Below, piece after piece: positions 20,778 to 30,480 of a stretch of 64,000 nucleotides of DNA. Numbering within the stretch: position 1 is the stretch's first letter; each line of letters starts with the position of its first letter. Source of the DNA: Clostridia bacterium. Lineage in GTDB: Bacteria; Bacillota; Clostridia; UBA1381; UMGS1253. The notes beneath the pieces were generated by a model. It was not told where the DNA came from and made no database searches. It was given only the letters and a program-made list of their open reading frames with translations. The DNA lies in the NCBI GenBank assembly GCA_045546315.1, contig JAZQCN010000059.1, forward strand, positions 70,494 to 134,493, given 5' to 3'. Both the position numbers and the translations under genes were made by a program.

Positions 20778-21830
20778 ATGCTGATTCATCAGAATTTTAC
20801 CGGTGGAAATATCCGTATCGAAGCAATTGAAGACAATACCATATATTTAAACAACGAGCTGCGCGATACGCCACACGACTGGTTTTACTGGGCATTTTGC
20901 GCAGAGAACTTCGCCGGTAAGACAATAACCTTCCGCTTTCCGAAGGAACGAATCGGCTACTACGGACCCGCTGTGAGTCACGATTTAAAACGCTGGACCT
21001 GGCTCGGCGCAGGCGAAGAAGAAAATGCATTTACCTATACATTTCAATCCGAAGAAGACAAGGTGTATTTTGCGCATAGCATGCTATACCATCCGGATCG
21101 CTTTGCGGCATTTGCAAAAAGGCACAACCTGGAATTGCACAAGCTCTGCCAAAGCAAAAAGGGAAGAAGTGTGCCCTATATCACCTTCGGTGACGGCGAG
21201 GAAATTGTTTTGCTGACCGCGCGTCACCACGCTTGTGAATCCACGGGCAATTATATCTTAGAAGGCGTATTGGAAGGACTATTGCAGGAAAGTTTACCGA
21301 GCACAAAGGTAATCTGCATTCCGTTTACGGATTTCGACGGCGTTATGGATGGTGACCAGGGCAAAGACCGCACACCGCGTGACCACAACCGCGATTATCG
21401 CCTGAACGAACCTTCCATATGGCCGGAAACTGCCGCTATCCGCGAAATTGCGGCAAACGGCATACGCTATGGCTTTGATTTTCACTCACCGTTCCATTGC
21501 GGCGAAAGACACGACACAGTATTTTTGGTGGAAAAGGTAGAAACCAAGCTCGCCGAATATGATGTGTTCAGTGAAATTTTAGAAAGTGTTTGGACAGCAG
21601 ACGCACTCCGCTATGACAAGCGCAACAACATTCTGCCCGGCGTGGAATGGAATTCGCCGAATGCGCCGACCTTTGCGTGCTATATGGATAGCGTTGCAAA
21701 CGCAAAGCTTGCCTGCACACTTGAAACGGCATACTTCGGCACACCGGACAACATATTTACTCCGGAAAAAGCCATCGCACTCGGCAGATGCTTTGCAAAA
21801 GCAATTGTAGAATACGATAAACAGGCATAA
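20778..21830 (+). CDS. M14-like zinc carboxypeptidase family protein (cytosolic)
   Basis: 350 aa. ARHHACESTG fits the HxxE zinc motif and a later FDFHSPF could supply the third ligand. Assignment by eye only. Confidence 0.5.
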   Translation: MLIHQNFTGGNIRIEAIEDNTIYLNNELRDTPHDWFYWAFCAENFAGKTITFRFPKERIGYYGPAVSHDLKRWTWLGAGEEENAFTYTFQSEEDKVYFAHSMLYHPDRFAAFAKRHNLELHKLCQSKKGRSVPYITFGDGEEIVLLTARHHACESTGNYILEGVLEGLLQESLPSTKVICIPFTDFDGVMDGDQGKDRTPRDHNRDYRLNEPSIWPETAAIREIAANGIRYGFDFHSPFHCGERHDTVFLVEKVETKLAEYDVFSEILESVWTADALRYDKRNNILPGVEWNSPNAPTFACYMDSVANAKLACTLETAYFGTPDNIFTPEKAIALGRCFAKAIVEYDKQA

Positions 21831-21866
21831 AAGAATCGTTGGTCAGTTGACCAACGATTCTTTTTT
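21827..21866. terminator. bidirectional intrinsic terminator
   Basis: Perfect 14-bp stem AAGAATCGTTGGTC-AGTT-GACCAACGATTCTT with A/T runs on both sides, between convergent genes. Confidence 0.8.
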
Positions 21867-23064
21867 ATACTTCCAATAATTTTTCCAGTTCCGGCATCGG
21901 TGCAAGCGAACGCTTTAATATGCCGTGCATATAGGCGATTGCCGTGCCGTAGTTTGTAAACGGTATACCTGCATCCTCGGCGCACTTTCTTCTGTAGGTG
22001 ACCTCACGCTCATTGAGCATACAGCCGCCGCAATGGATTACAAGCGCATATTTCGATAAATCCTCCGGGAAAGACATACCGGACGAGGTTTCGATATTTA
22101 ACGCTGCATTCGTAGTTTTCTTAAGCCACATCGGCAGCTTTACTGAGCCGATGTCGCCGCACTGTCTGTGATGCGTACATCCCTCGGAAATTAAAACCGT
22201 ATCGCCGTCCTTCAAATCGGCAATCGCCGCTGCGCCGCGCACTGCCGTTTCCAAAAAGCCTTTATATCTCGCCATCAAAATCGAAAACGAGGTCAGTTTA
22301 ACCGTCGGCGGTACAATTTTACTTACAAAGCCGCACGCCTGCGAATCCGTCACCACCAGCGCCGGCGGCGCGGAAAGCTTTGCAAGCGTCGCTTCCAGTT
22401 CGGTTTCTTTGCTCACCGCCGCCATTGCACCCGCGTCCAAAATATCGCGGATTGCCATCTGCTGCGGCAGAATCAGTCTGCCCTTCGGGGCCGCCGCGTC
22501 AATCGGCGTAACCAGTACAACCAAATCACCGGCTTTGATAAAATCACCGACCAGGCGCACATGCGGCGCATCTGTTTTCAAAAGTGCTACAAGGCGATTT
22601 TTAAATTCCTCAATATTTTCTTTTTCCAGCGCACTGACGCAAATTTCATTTTCTGCACAGTCTCTTTTTAGCAAATCGGACTTATTATAGACAACGATAT
22701 ACGGAATACCTTTTTCCGCAAACAGCACCTCCAGCTGTGCATCCGCTTCGGTTTTCCCTTCGGCAGCATCCACAACCAACACAGCAATGTCTGCGCGGTT
22801 CAAAATCTGCTTCGTTTTCTGTATACGCTTTTCGCCGAGCAAGCCCTCATCATCAAAGCCCGGTGTATCAATAATCACAACCGGACCAAGCGGCAAAAGC
22901 TCCATTGCTTTGCTGACCGGGTCAGTCGTCGTGCCCTTTACATCAGACACAACGGAAAGCTCCTGGTTGGTCACCGCATTGACAAGACTCGATTTCCCGG
23001 CATTTCTCCTGCCGAAAAACCCGATATGCACGCGCTCACCGGAGGGTGTATTCTGCAAACTCAT
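21865..23064 (-). CDS. hydF: [FeFe] hydrogenase H-cluster maturation GTPase
   Basis: GRRNAGKSSLVNAV P-loop, DTPGFDD, and C-terminal CTHH...HCGGC cluster-binding motif. Confidence 0.9.
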   Translation of the reverse strand: MSLQNTPSGERVHIGFFGRRNAGKSSLVNAVTNQELSVVSDVKGTTTDPVSKAMELLPLGPVVIIDTPGFDDEGLLGEKRIQKTKQILNRADIAVLVVDAAEGKTEADAQLEVLFAEKGIPYIVVYNKSDLLKRDCAENEICVSALEKENIEEFKNRLVALLKTDAPHVRLVGDFIKAGDLVVLVTPIDAAAPKGRLILPQQMAIRDILDAGAMAAVSKETELEATLAKLSAPPALVVTDSQACGFVSKIVPPTVKLTSFSILMARYKGFLETAVRGAAAIADLKDGDTVLISEGCTHHRQCGDIGSVKLPMWLKKTTNAALNIETSSGMSFPEDLSKYALVIHCGGCMLNEREVTYRRKCAEDAGIPFTNYGTAIAYMHGILKRSLAPMPELEKLLEV

Positions 23065-23076
23065 ATTTGCACCTCC

Positions 23077-24495
23077 TTAGAATCTGAAATCTCTGTTGCC
23101 CTGTTTAATCTGCTCTAAATTCTTAATTAAAATCTCACGAACCTTATCACTCGGTACATTCTTGATTTCATCCAAAATCATTTTCTCACCGAGCACCTTG
23201 GTCTCTTCGGATGCGTAATCCTGCAAAAACTCTAAAAGCGTCATCAATGCATTTGGATGGCAGCAATTCTGAATCTGTCCGGCTTTTAAAAGCGTCATAA
23301 AACGGTCACCCGTTCTGCCTTCACGGTAGCACGCTGTGCAGAAGCTCGGAATATAGCCAAACTCCATCAGCCAGCGCACAACCTCATCCAGCGTACGCTT
23401 GTCGCTGACATCAAACTGCTCGGAGTTTTCATCCTCCGGCTCCGGCTCACTGTAGCCGCCCACACTGGTTTTCGAAGCACCGCTGAGCTGCGATACGCCG
23501 AGACGGATTACCTTTTCGCGCACTTCCTTACTTTCGCGCGTGGAAACAATCATACCTGTGTACGGCACACTGATACGAATGAGTGCGCACAGCTTTGCAA
23601 AAATCTCATCGCTGATGCCGTTGTCAAACTGATCCGGGTCAATATCATCCGCTCTCTTTAAACGCGGCACGCTGATGGTGTGCGGACCGACACCGTGCAC
23701 AGCCTCTAAATGCTCTGCGTGCATCAGAAGTCCCGCAAACTCATACTTGTATAATTCCAGACCGAACAGCACGCCCAAGCCAACATCATCGATGCCGCCC
23801 TCCATTGCTCTATCCATCGCCTCTGTATGATAAGCATAATCGTGCTTCGGGCCGGTCGGATGCAGCTGTTCGTAGCTTTCCTTGTGATAGGTTTCCTGGA
23901 ACAGGATGTAGGTGCCGATGCCGGCTTCCTTTAATTTGCGGTAGTTTTCCACCGTAGTTGCCGCAATGTTAACATTCACGCGGCGAATTGCACCGTTTTT
24001 ATGCTTAATGGAGTAAATCGTATTGATACATTCCAGGATATACTCAATCGGATTATTCACCGGGTCCTCACCGGCTTCAATTGCAAGACGCTTGTGTCCC
24101 ATATCCTGCAGGGCAATGACCTCGCGGCGCACCTCCTCCTGCGTGAGCTTTTTGCGCGCGATGTGCTTGTTTTTCAAATGGTACGGGCAGTATACACAGC
24201 CGTTAACGCAGTAGTTCGACAGATACAGCGGCGCAAACATAACGATGCGGTTGCCGTAGAAGTCTTTTTTAATCTGCTCTGCCAGGTCGTAGATTCTCTG
24301 AATACGGCTTTCGTCCTCGCAGGCTAAAAGCACACTTGCCTCCTCGTGCGTAAGACCTTTTCTTTCTGCAGCCTTTTCAATAATTTTATCCACGAGCTCT
24401 AAATTGTCCTTGTTTTCCTCTGCGTATGCCAGGGTACGCAAAATCTCCTCGTGGGAAATAAATTCTTCTGCTTTTAACGATTTCGGATTGTACAT
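23077..24495 (-). CDS. hydG: [FeFe] hydrogenase H-cluster radical SAM maturase
   Basis: 472 aa. CVNGCVYC radical-SAM motif and C-terminal CTACYREGRTGDRFMTLLKAGQIQNCC (CX2CX22C). Confidence 0.9.
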   Translation of the reverse strand: MYNPKSLKAEEFISHEEILRTLAYAEENKDNLELVDKIIEKAAERKGLTHEEASVLLACEDESRIQRIYDLAEQIKKDFYGNRIVMFAPLYLSNYCVNGCVYCPYHLKNKHIARKKLTQEEVRREVIALQDMGHKRLAIEAGEDPVNNPIEYILECINTIYSIKHKNGAIRRVNVNIAATTVENYRKLKEAGIGTYILFQETYHKESYEQLHPTGPKHDYAYHTEAMDRAMEGGIDDVGLGVLFGLELYKYEFAGLLMHAEHLEAVHGVGPHTISVPRLKRADDIDPDQFDNGISDEIFAKLCALIRISVPYTGMIVSTRESKEVREKVIRLGVSQLSGASKTSVGGYSEPEPEDENSEQFDVSDKRTLDEVVRWLMEFGYIPSFCTACYREGRTGDRFMTLLKAGQIQNCCHPNALMTLLEFLQDYASEETKVLGEKMILDEIKNVPSDKVREILIKNLEQIKQGNRDFRF

Positions 24496-24512
24496 AATCT
24501 TATATCCCCTTT

Positions 24513-24758
24513 CTATGCTTTTGCGTAAGCCGTCTTTGAACTTACGCCGTCCAGCTTGCCGATTTTACCGGTCAGTGCATTGATTGCATCTGTCGGTGCA
24601 TCTACGGCAATACTAATAATACTCAAGCTTTTTTGACGGTACGGAATTCCCATACGCCCGATGATATAGCTTCTGTATTCGTGCAAAATTTCATTGAGCC
24701 GCTCGACGGCATCCTCATTTTCCACAACAATGCCGATAACGGCAATTCTTGTTTCCAT
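24513..24758 (-). CDS. TM1266-family iron-only hydrogenase system regulator (small ACT/NikR-C-like protein)
   Basis: 81 aa. RIAVIGIVVENEDAVERLNEILHEY...GRMGIPYR...ISIAVDAPTDAINALTGKIGKLDGV is collinear with the T. maritima TM1266 pattern as I recall it. Heads hydG-hydF. Confidence 0.75.
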   Translation of the reverse strand: METRIAVIGIVVENEDAVERLNEILHEYRSYIIGRMGIPYRQKSLSIISIAVDAPTDAINALTGKIGKLDGVSSKTAYAKA

Positions 24759-24842
24759 AGAATCTCACCTCGTTTAATCTAAGCGTTCCGCTTTAAGCCA
24801 TAATAGCCAAGTCACATAGAGTTTTGTGCTTTGGCGCGCAAC

Positions 24843-24870
24843 AAAAAATGCCGCACCGAAAGGTGCGGCA
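24843..24870 (-). terminator. intrinsic terminator inside the hyd leader
   Basis: Minus strand UGCCGCACC-UUUC-GGUGCGGCA followed by U6. Confidence 0.7.
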
Positions 24871-24962
24871 AAACAAAGCCATTACTGGCCAATTTTTAAA
24901 ATATGCCGAACCTTCCGCCTCAAAACGCATTTTTAGCGTCAGGATACATTTTTTACACTTTA

Positions 24963-24991
24963 ATTATACGCTATTCCGTTTCATTTGTCAA
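24963..24991 (-). promoter_or_regulatory. sigma-A promoter upstream of the hyd leader
   Basis: Minus strand TTGACA-17 nt-TATAAT, 12/12. Confidence 0.6.
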
Positions 24992-25014
24992 TATTTTAAC
25001 AAAGTTTTTATTTG

Positions 25015-25641
25015 TTAATTTTCTACATAATGTCTTACGCGCAAACTGCAGCCGTTTTCCTCGGCAAGCTTACGGCAGCGCTCGATATCCGCCTCAGGCA
25101 TCACATCAACAATACTCAAAAGCACCTGCGGCACATGTGCCGCCGCGCGGTTGGCAAAGTCGAGCATATAATCAAAGCCGTCCTCGCCGAAGCAGCACTG
25201 ACAAATTTCGTTATATGCCTTGGCATCCGGTGCATTCATACTGACAGACAGCGTATCAATAAGTCCCGCCAGACGCGGCGTTATGTCCTCTTTATGAATT
25301 GCGTTCGCGTGACCATTGGTATTGATGCGCACGCTGCATTTGTGGTTTTTCTTGATATACGCCGCAATCTCCAACAGGGTATCTAAGCGCATTGTCGGTT
25401 CGCCGTAACCGCAAAAAACCACCTCTTTGTAGCTGTCCACATCAAATTTTTCAAGCGCTTCAATGACCTCTGCCGCCGTCGGCTCCTTCGTCAGCCACAA
25501 GTCCGCATCGCCGCCCACGCCGCTCGCATTATTACGAATGCAGAATGTGCAGCGGTTCGTGCACTTGTTTGTCAAATTCACATACAGAAAGCCCTCGTGG
25601 TTTTCCTCTGCAAAATATTCATATACATATACATTTGCCAT
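25015..25641 (-). CDS. small radical SAM protein (possibly the TatD-associated family)
   Basis: 208 aa. LTNKCTNRCTFCIRN CX3CX2C motif near the N-terminus. The subfamily call is from memory only. Confidence 0.65.
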   Translation of the reverse strand: MANVYVYEYFAEENHEGFLYVNLTNKCTNRCTFCIRNNASGVGGDADLWLTKEPTAAEVIEALEKFDVDSYKEVVFCGYGEPTMRLDTLLEIAAYIKKNHKCSVRINTNGHANAIHKEDITPRLAGLIDTLSVSMNAPDAKAYNEICQCCFGEDGFDYMLDFANRAAAHVPQVLLSIVDVMPEADIERCRKLAEENGCSLRVRHYVEN

Positions 25642-25654
25642 AAGTATTACCTCA

Positions 25655-27019
25655 TTAGTTTCTCAGGCTGTGAAGCGGAGCGGGAATTCTGCCACCGCGG
25701 CTTACAAAGCCCTCCGAGCCGTACGGGTTCACCGGCTGCACCGGACCGCTGCCCAGAAGTCCGCCGAATTCCACAATATCGCCAACCTTTTTGCCCGGCG
25801 CCGGGATAATGCGCACGGCTGTTGTTTTGTTATTCACAACGCCGATTGCCGCTTCATCGGCGATAATTGCCGAAATTGTTGCTACGCTCGTATCACCCGG
25901 CACAACAATCATATCCAAGCCTACAGAGCACACACAGGTCATTGCCTCTAACTTTTCAAGCGTGAGCGCGCCGCACTGTGCCGCTGCAATCATACCTGCA
26001 TCCTCGCTGACCGGGATAAATGCACCCGAAAGACCGCCAACATAGCCGGACGCCATAACGCCGCCCTTTTTCACCGCATCGTTGAGCATCGCAAGTGCCG
26101 CAGTTGTACCGTGTGTACCGCACTTTTCGACACCCATTTCCTCTAAAATATATGCAACCGAGTCGCCGACAGCCGGTGTCGGTGCAAGCGACAAATCCAC
26201 AATACCGTACGGCACACCGAGCCGACGGGACGCTTCCTGCGCCACAAGCTGACCCATACGGGTAATTTTAAACGCTGTCTTTTTAATCGTTTCCGCTACA
26301 AGACCGAAATCCGCCGCGGGACCGATTTTTTCAAGCGCACATTTTACAACACCAGGACCGCTGACGCCGACATTGATAACACATTCACCCTCGCCGATGC
26401 CGTGGAATGCACCTGCCATAAACGGATTGTCCTCTACTGCGTTTGCAAACACTACCAGCTTTGCACAGGCAAAGCCGCCGCTTTCCGCCGTCAGTGCAGC
26501 CGCCTGCTTTACAACCTCACCCATCTGCTTTACCGCATCCATATTGATACCGGCGCGTGTGGTTGCTACATTAACAGAGGAGCACACTCTCTGCGTTTCG
26601 GCAAGCGCCTGCGGAATGGATGCAATCAGCATTTCATCACCCTTGGTGTAGTGCTTATGCACCAGCGCACTGTAGCCGCCGATGAAGTTCACGCCCGTCG
26701 CAATCGCTGCGCGGTCGAGCGCCTTAGCAAGCTTAACGCAGTCGTCTACCGACTTCGCATGCTCACACAGAATGGAAATCGGCGTAACGGAAATACGCTT
26801 GTTGATAATCGGAATACCGTATTCAACCTCAATTTCCTCACCAACCTTCACCAAATCCTTGGCATAGGTCGTAATCTTTGTATATACCTTCTCGCACATT
26901 GCATCAATATCCGGGTCGGAGCAATCGCGCAGCGAGATGCCCATCGTAATCGTACGGATATCCAGATGCTCACGGTCGAGCATTTTTATGGTTTCAATAA
27001 TCTCAAAAGGATTCAGCAT
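25655..27019 (-). CDS. UPF0210 / DUF711 family protein
   Basis: 454 aa. [27 protein letters not shown] is the family N-terminus. Usual pairing with the upstream ACT protein. Confidence 0.8.
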   Translation of the reverse strand: MLNPFEIIETIKMLDREHLDIRTITMGISLRDCSDPDIDAMCEKVYTKITTYAKDLVKVGEEIEVEYGIPIINKRISVTPISILCEHAKSVDDCVKLAKALDRAAIATGVNFIGGYSALVHKHYTKGDEMLIASIPQALAETQRVCSSVNVATTRAGINMDAVKQMGEVVKQAAALTAESGGFACAKLVVFANAVEDNPFMAGAFHGIGEGECVINVGVSGPGVVKCALEKIGPAADFGLVAETIKKTAFKITRMGQLVAQEASRRLGVPYGIVDLSLAPTPAVGDSVAYILEEMGVEKCGTHGTTAALAMLNDAVKKGGVMASGYVGGLSGAFIPVSEDAGMIAAAQCGALTLEKLEAMTCVCSVGLDMIVVPGDTSVATISAIIADEAAIGVVNNKTTAVRIIPAPGKKVGDIVEFGGLLGSGPVQPVNPYGSEGFVSRGGRIPAPLHSLRN

Positions 27020-27031
27020 ATCTGCACCTCC

Positions 27032-27307
27032 TTATATTCTGTGCATGGAATTAAAAATGTCCTCGTGCTGAATGCGAATGGAAACGCCAAGCTCCTGTCC
27101 GATTTCGTCGAGCGCTTTGGAGATTTCCGCAAACGGCACATTTGCCTGCTTCAAATTCACAAGCATAACCATCGTAAAAATTTCTTCCATAATGGTTTGT
27201 GAAATGTCTAAAATGTTTACATTTACCTTCGCCAAAACATTGGTGACTGCTGCAATAATGCCGACTCTGTCCGAGCCGAGAACCGTAATAACTGCTTTCA
27301 TTTTCAT
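27032..27307 (-). CDS. ACT domain protein (UPF0237 family)
   Basis: 91 aa. KAVITVLGSDRVGIIAAVTNVLAKVNVNILDISQTIMEEIFTMVMLV. Confidence 0.8.
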   Translation of the reverse strand: MKMKAVITVLGSDRVGIIAAVTNVLAKVNVNILDISQTIMEEIFTMVMLVNLKQANVPFAEISKALDEIGQELGVSIRIQHEDIFNSMHRI

Positions 27308-27358
27308 TTTCCTTTCTTATGTAATTTGGGCGTGTAAACACACGCCCAAAAAATTCAT

Positions 27359-29185
27359 TTAGATACCGTCCGGAATCTGCAAATCATCATAAATCTGCTG
27401 TGCACTGTTTGCATCGCCCTCGATGACTACCGTGCTGCCGGTCGGCTGCGACGGGTCGGTCGACGGAGCAGCCGGCGCATTCGGGTCTACAGGTGCGTTC
27501 GGATCAATCGGCGCATTCGGATCGACCGGCGCATTCGGGTCTACCACCTCAGGACCGACACGCAAAATACGGTTTACCATACGGTACACACTCTTGTGTA
27601 ACAATTTGTTCGATACCTGCTTACCGTTTTCCGTAATAATCTTATAGGTATTTACAACAGCACCGTTGAAGCCCTCGCCGTCTTCAATCTGTTTGCCTGG
27701 CTCCAGCGTTGCATCGTTGACAATCGTTGTGCCGTACGGCGAATAGCTTACGCGCTCCGTTGTAATTTCCACCTTGCGACCCGGGTGCTCATCTGTACCC
27801 AAAATCTGCACCTTAACAATACCGCCGCTTGCTTTAACAACCACCTTCACCGGTGCGCTTGTATTGTTTTTAAATCTGAAGTCTAACGAGCCATAGGCAA
27901 CGGTTGCATCCATGCCCAGCGGTGCATAGTGCACCTCCAGCATATGCTCGTGGCGCTCGGTTACCTCTAAATCTGCATAGAGCACAGCTGCATAAATCGT
28001 CGAGCTCGTTTGGCAGATACCGCCGCCGAGACCGTCAACCATTTTATTGTTTTCATAAACGGACGCCGCCTTGAAGCCGCGCTCATAGGTGCGCTCACCG
28101 ACAATCTTATTATAGGAAAATTCATCGCCCGGTAATAAAATCGTACCGTCAACAAATCGGCCTGCAAGCTCTACATTATTTGCACGCGGTCTGTTTGATG
28201 TCGCATATTTCGTCGTATACTCACCCAAAACATCGGCAAACAGCGTTTTATTGATATCCTCCGCCTTCACCTTTGCCGGCGTGATAGTTAAATCAATAAA
28301 AACATCCTCACTGCCTTCGCCAAAGCCGGACAGTGCGCGCACAGCCGCCGTTTTATCGAAATACTTACCGTCAACCTCCGGTGTGATGATAACTTCCTTA
28401 CCTTCAATTACATATTGCGCATCGCTCGGCTCACAGCAGATTTCTGCGTGCAGCTCGTCGATATCCACCTGCGCAGGTTTGGTATTCTTCAGCTCAAGTG
28501 CATAGCTGCCGCCGCCAAGTAAAATCGCTTCATCGAAGCACTTGCGCACCTGGTCATAGTCCACACCGGTACCGGCTGCACCGGCAACAATGCGAATTTT
28601 TGCATCTTCGATTTTGATTTCGTGCTGTTTTAAGCTGCCGCCGCACTTTTTGGAAAGCTCTACCGATATATCGGACAGCGCAAAATGATCATAGGTGTAA
28701 ACCGGTGTAATTTCCTTGCTTGCAAAAAGAGATGCAATTGCAGAAAACGGATTGCTTCTGCCGCGATTTACGGCAGCGGCCGCTGTTTTTTCCGCATCCA
28801 ATACCAGAGAAACATCCTCAGCCTTCACCGTTACGCTTTCACCTTCGCAGGTATAGTTCACGGCAAAATCGTCAAAAACCTTCTCTTCCTTTAAAAGCGT
28901 AACAATTTCCGCCTGCGTTTTGCCGCCGACATCTAAGCCGAGCACGGTCAAACCGTTTTTAGCAACCGTGCGGTCGCCGGCAAACATAACAACCAAAGAA
29001 ACCGCCAAAGCCAGTACCAGTAATCCGGCAACAATGCCACCGATAATCCAAGGTGTTTTGTTTTGCGCGACACCGGTTTCACGCTTCTGCGCAGTCTTTT
29101 TTGTTTTACTCTCTGCACTTGCAGCGCGTGCTCTGCGGGCAGAAACTTTTTTATTTTTTTCAGACTTTCTTTCAGCCACTTTCAT
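27359..29185 (-). CDS. membrane-anchored VanW family protein with Pro-rich C-terminal repeats
   Basis: N-terminal Lys/Arg-rich tail plus a TM helix. VanW core GGGICQTSSTIYAAVLYADLEVTERHEH. C-terminal (DPNAPx)x4. Confidence 0.8.
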   Translation of the reverse strand: MKVAERKSEKNKKVSARRARAASAESKTKKTAQKRETGVAQNKTPWIIGGIVAGLLVLALAVSLVVMFAGDRTVAKNGLTVLGLDVGGKTQAEIVTLLKEEKVFDDFAVNYTCEGESVTVKAEDVSLVLDAEKTAAAAVNRGRSNPFSAIASLFASKEITPVYTYDHFALSDISVELSKKCGGSLKQHEIKIEDAKIRIVAGAAGTGVDYDQVRKCFDEAILLGGGSYALELKNTKPAQVDIDELHAEICCEPSDAQYVIEGKEVIITPEVDGKYFDKTAAVRALSGFGEGSEDVFIDLTITPAKVKAEDINKTLFADVLGEYTTKYATSNRPRANNVELAGRFVDGTILLPGDEFSYNKIVGERTYERGFKAASVYENNKMVDGLGGGICQTSSTIYAAVLYADLEVTERHEHMLEVHYAPLGMDATVAYGSLDFRFKNNTSAPVKVVVKASGGIVKVQILGTDEHPGRKVEITTERVSYSPYGTTIVNDATLEPGKQIEDGEGFNGAVVNTYKIITENGKQVSNKLLHKSVYRMVNRILRVGPEVVDPNAPVDPNAPIDPNAPVDPNAPAAPSTDPSQPTGSTVVIEGDANSAQQIYDDLQIPDGI

Positions 29186-29492
29186 TCTCCTTCATTTTAT
29201 ATAAATTATAACTATATAACTTCACTTTATTTTACTACATTTCAAATGGCTTGTAAAGCGGATTTTTTCAAAATAAAACACAAAAATTTTCCCATTCTGA
29301 TGCGGTTTTTAGCTATTTTATCCATTTGCGGAATATTTTATGATTTTTCGGATAAAATATTGTTAAAACACTTGTAACATTTTAAAGCTTCTACATCGGT
29401 TTTCTGTAATTTATCCTGCTCAAAAACGGCTTAAAATCGGCATTTTTCACTCTGTCTTTGCATAAAAATATTACGAAATTATTAAAAAAGTG

Positions 29493-29521
29493 TTGACAAA
29501 TGTGTCAAAAGCAGTTAAAAT
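29493..29521 (+). promoter_or_regulatory. sigma-A promoter of the 3D-domain gene
   Basis: TTGACA-17 nt-TAAAAT. Confidence 0.6.
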
Positions 29522-29545
29522 AGGTCACCGAGGGAGATGAAAAAC

Positions 29546-30403
29546 ATGAATGCTGTAAAGAAATTCTTTCAGCCGAGCAAAAGACTGTTCGTTACAATCG
29601 GTCTTCTCGTACTCGCCATCGCGATTGCTTTAGCAACATATTTTTACACGGTTGTGTTCGCGGCGGGCTATGAAATTTCTATTCTGGACGGAAATAGCGC
29701 AGTCTTGGTAAATACCTCTCAAACAACAGTGCAGGCCATCTTAGACGACGCCGGTATCACCTTAAACCCACAGGATACCATTACCCCTGCACTAAACGCA
29801 GAAGTGCCGGAAAACGGACAAATTATCATCACAAGAGTTGTATATGAACAGGTTGTCGAGGAAATTCCGATTCCTTATGCAACCAACGAGGTAAAATCGG
29901 CTGCCCTGCTTTGGGGCGAAAGAGAGGTTACGACCGCAGGTGTAAACGGCGCGGAAGCAGTAACCTACAATGTAACAAAGGTAAACGGCGTTGAAACGGA
30001 GCGCGTGGAGGAATCCAGAACAGTTGCACGCGAAGCGGTAGACGAGGTGATCACGGTCGGCACAAAGCTGACAAGCGATGCCTTAGAGGCTGCAGGCGCA
30101 AAATATATCATTTGTACTGCAACTGCGTACGACGGCTCCTATCAGACACTGGGCTACTACAACCCGAGAACCGCACTCGGCAAGGTACCGACAGTCGGCA
30201 CGGTTGCAGTGGACCCGAGAGTAATTCCGCTCGGCAAAAAACTCTTTATTGAAACAACAGACGGCAGCTATGTCTACGGCGAAAGCTTTGCAGGCGACAC
30301 CGGCGGTGCAATCAAGGGCAACCGCGTCGACCTGTTTATGGCAAGCCGCTCGGAGGCATTGCAGTTCGGCAGAAGACAAGTTAAGGTTTACATCTTAGAT
30401 TAA
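29546..30403 (+). CDS. DUF348/G5/3D-domain cell-wall protein (YabE/RpfB-like)
   Basis: TM anchor, G5-like VTTAGVNGAEAVTYNVTKVNGVE, 3D domain ATAYDG...GTVAVDPRVIPLG...GDTGGAIKGNRVDLF. The second ATG (29546) is better spaced from SD GAGGGAG. Confidence 0.8.
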   Translation: MNAVKKFFQPSKRLFVTIGLLVLAIAIALATYFYTVVFAAGYEISILDGNSAVLVNTSQTTVQAILDDAGITLNPQDTITPALNAEVPENGQIIITRVVYEQVVEEIPIPYATNEVKSAALLWGEREVTTAGVNGAEAVTYNVTKVNGVETERVEESRTVAREAVDEVITVGTKLTSDALEAAGAKYIICTATAYDGSYQTLGYYNPRTALGKVPTVGTVAVDPRVIPLGKKLFIETTDGSYVYGESFAGDTGGAIKGNRVDLFMASRSEALQFGRRQVKVYILD

Positions 30404-30429
30404 AAAAAGGACCAAAAGGTCCTTTTTTT
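30402..30429 (+). terminator. intrinsic terminator
   Basis: A7-GGACC-AAAA-GGTCC-T7. Confidence 0.75.
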
Positions 30430-30480
30430 ATGCCTTATTTAACCTATGTTTTAATGCTTTAACTCTCTGAATTCAAATTA

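Noticed and set aside
26402-27202. 266-aa plus-strand ORF
   Set aside because: Antisense to the UPF0210 gene and the ACT gene.
27308-27358. Hairpin TTTGGGCGTGT-AAAC-ACACGCCCAAA as a VanW terminator
   Set aside because: On the minus strand the U-run precedes the stem instead of following it, so it is not a canonical intrinsic terminator. It may be a processing or stability hairpin, but I cannot support a call.
29063-29377. 104-aa ORF in the AT-rich VanW/3D intergenic region
   Set aside because: It overlaps the VanW 5' end antisense, then runs through AT-rich non-coding DNA. No RBS.
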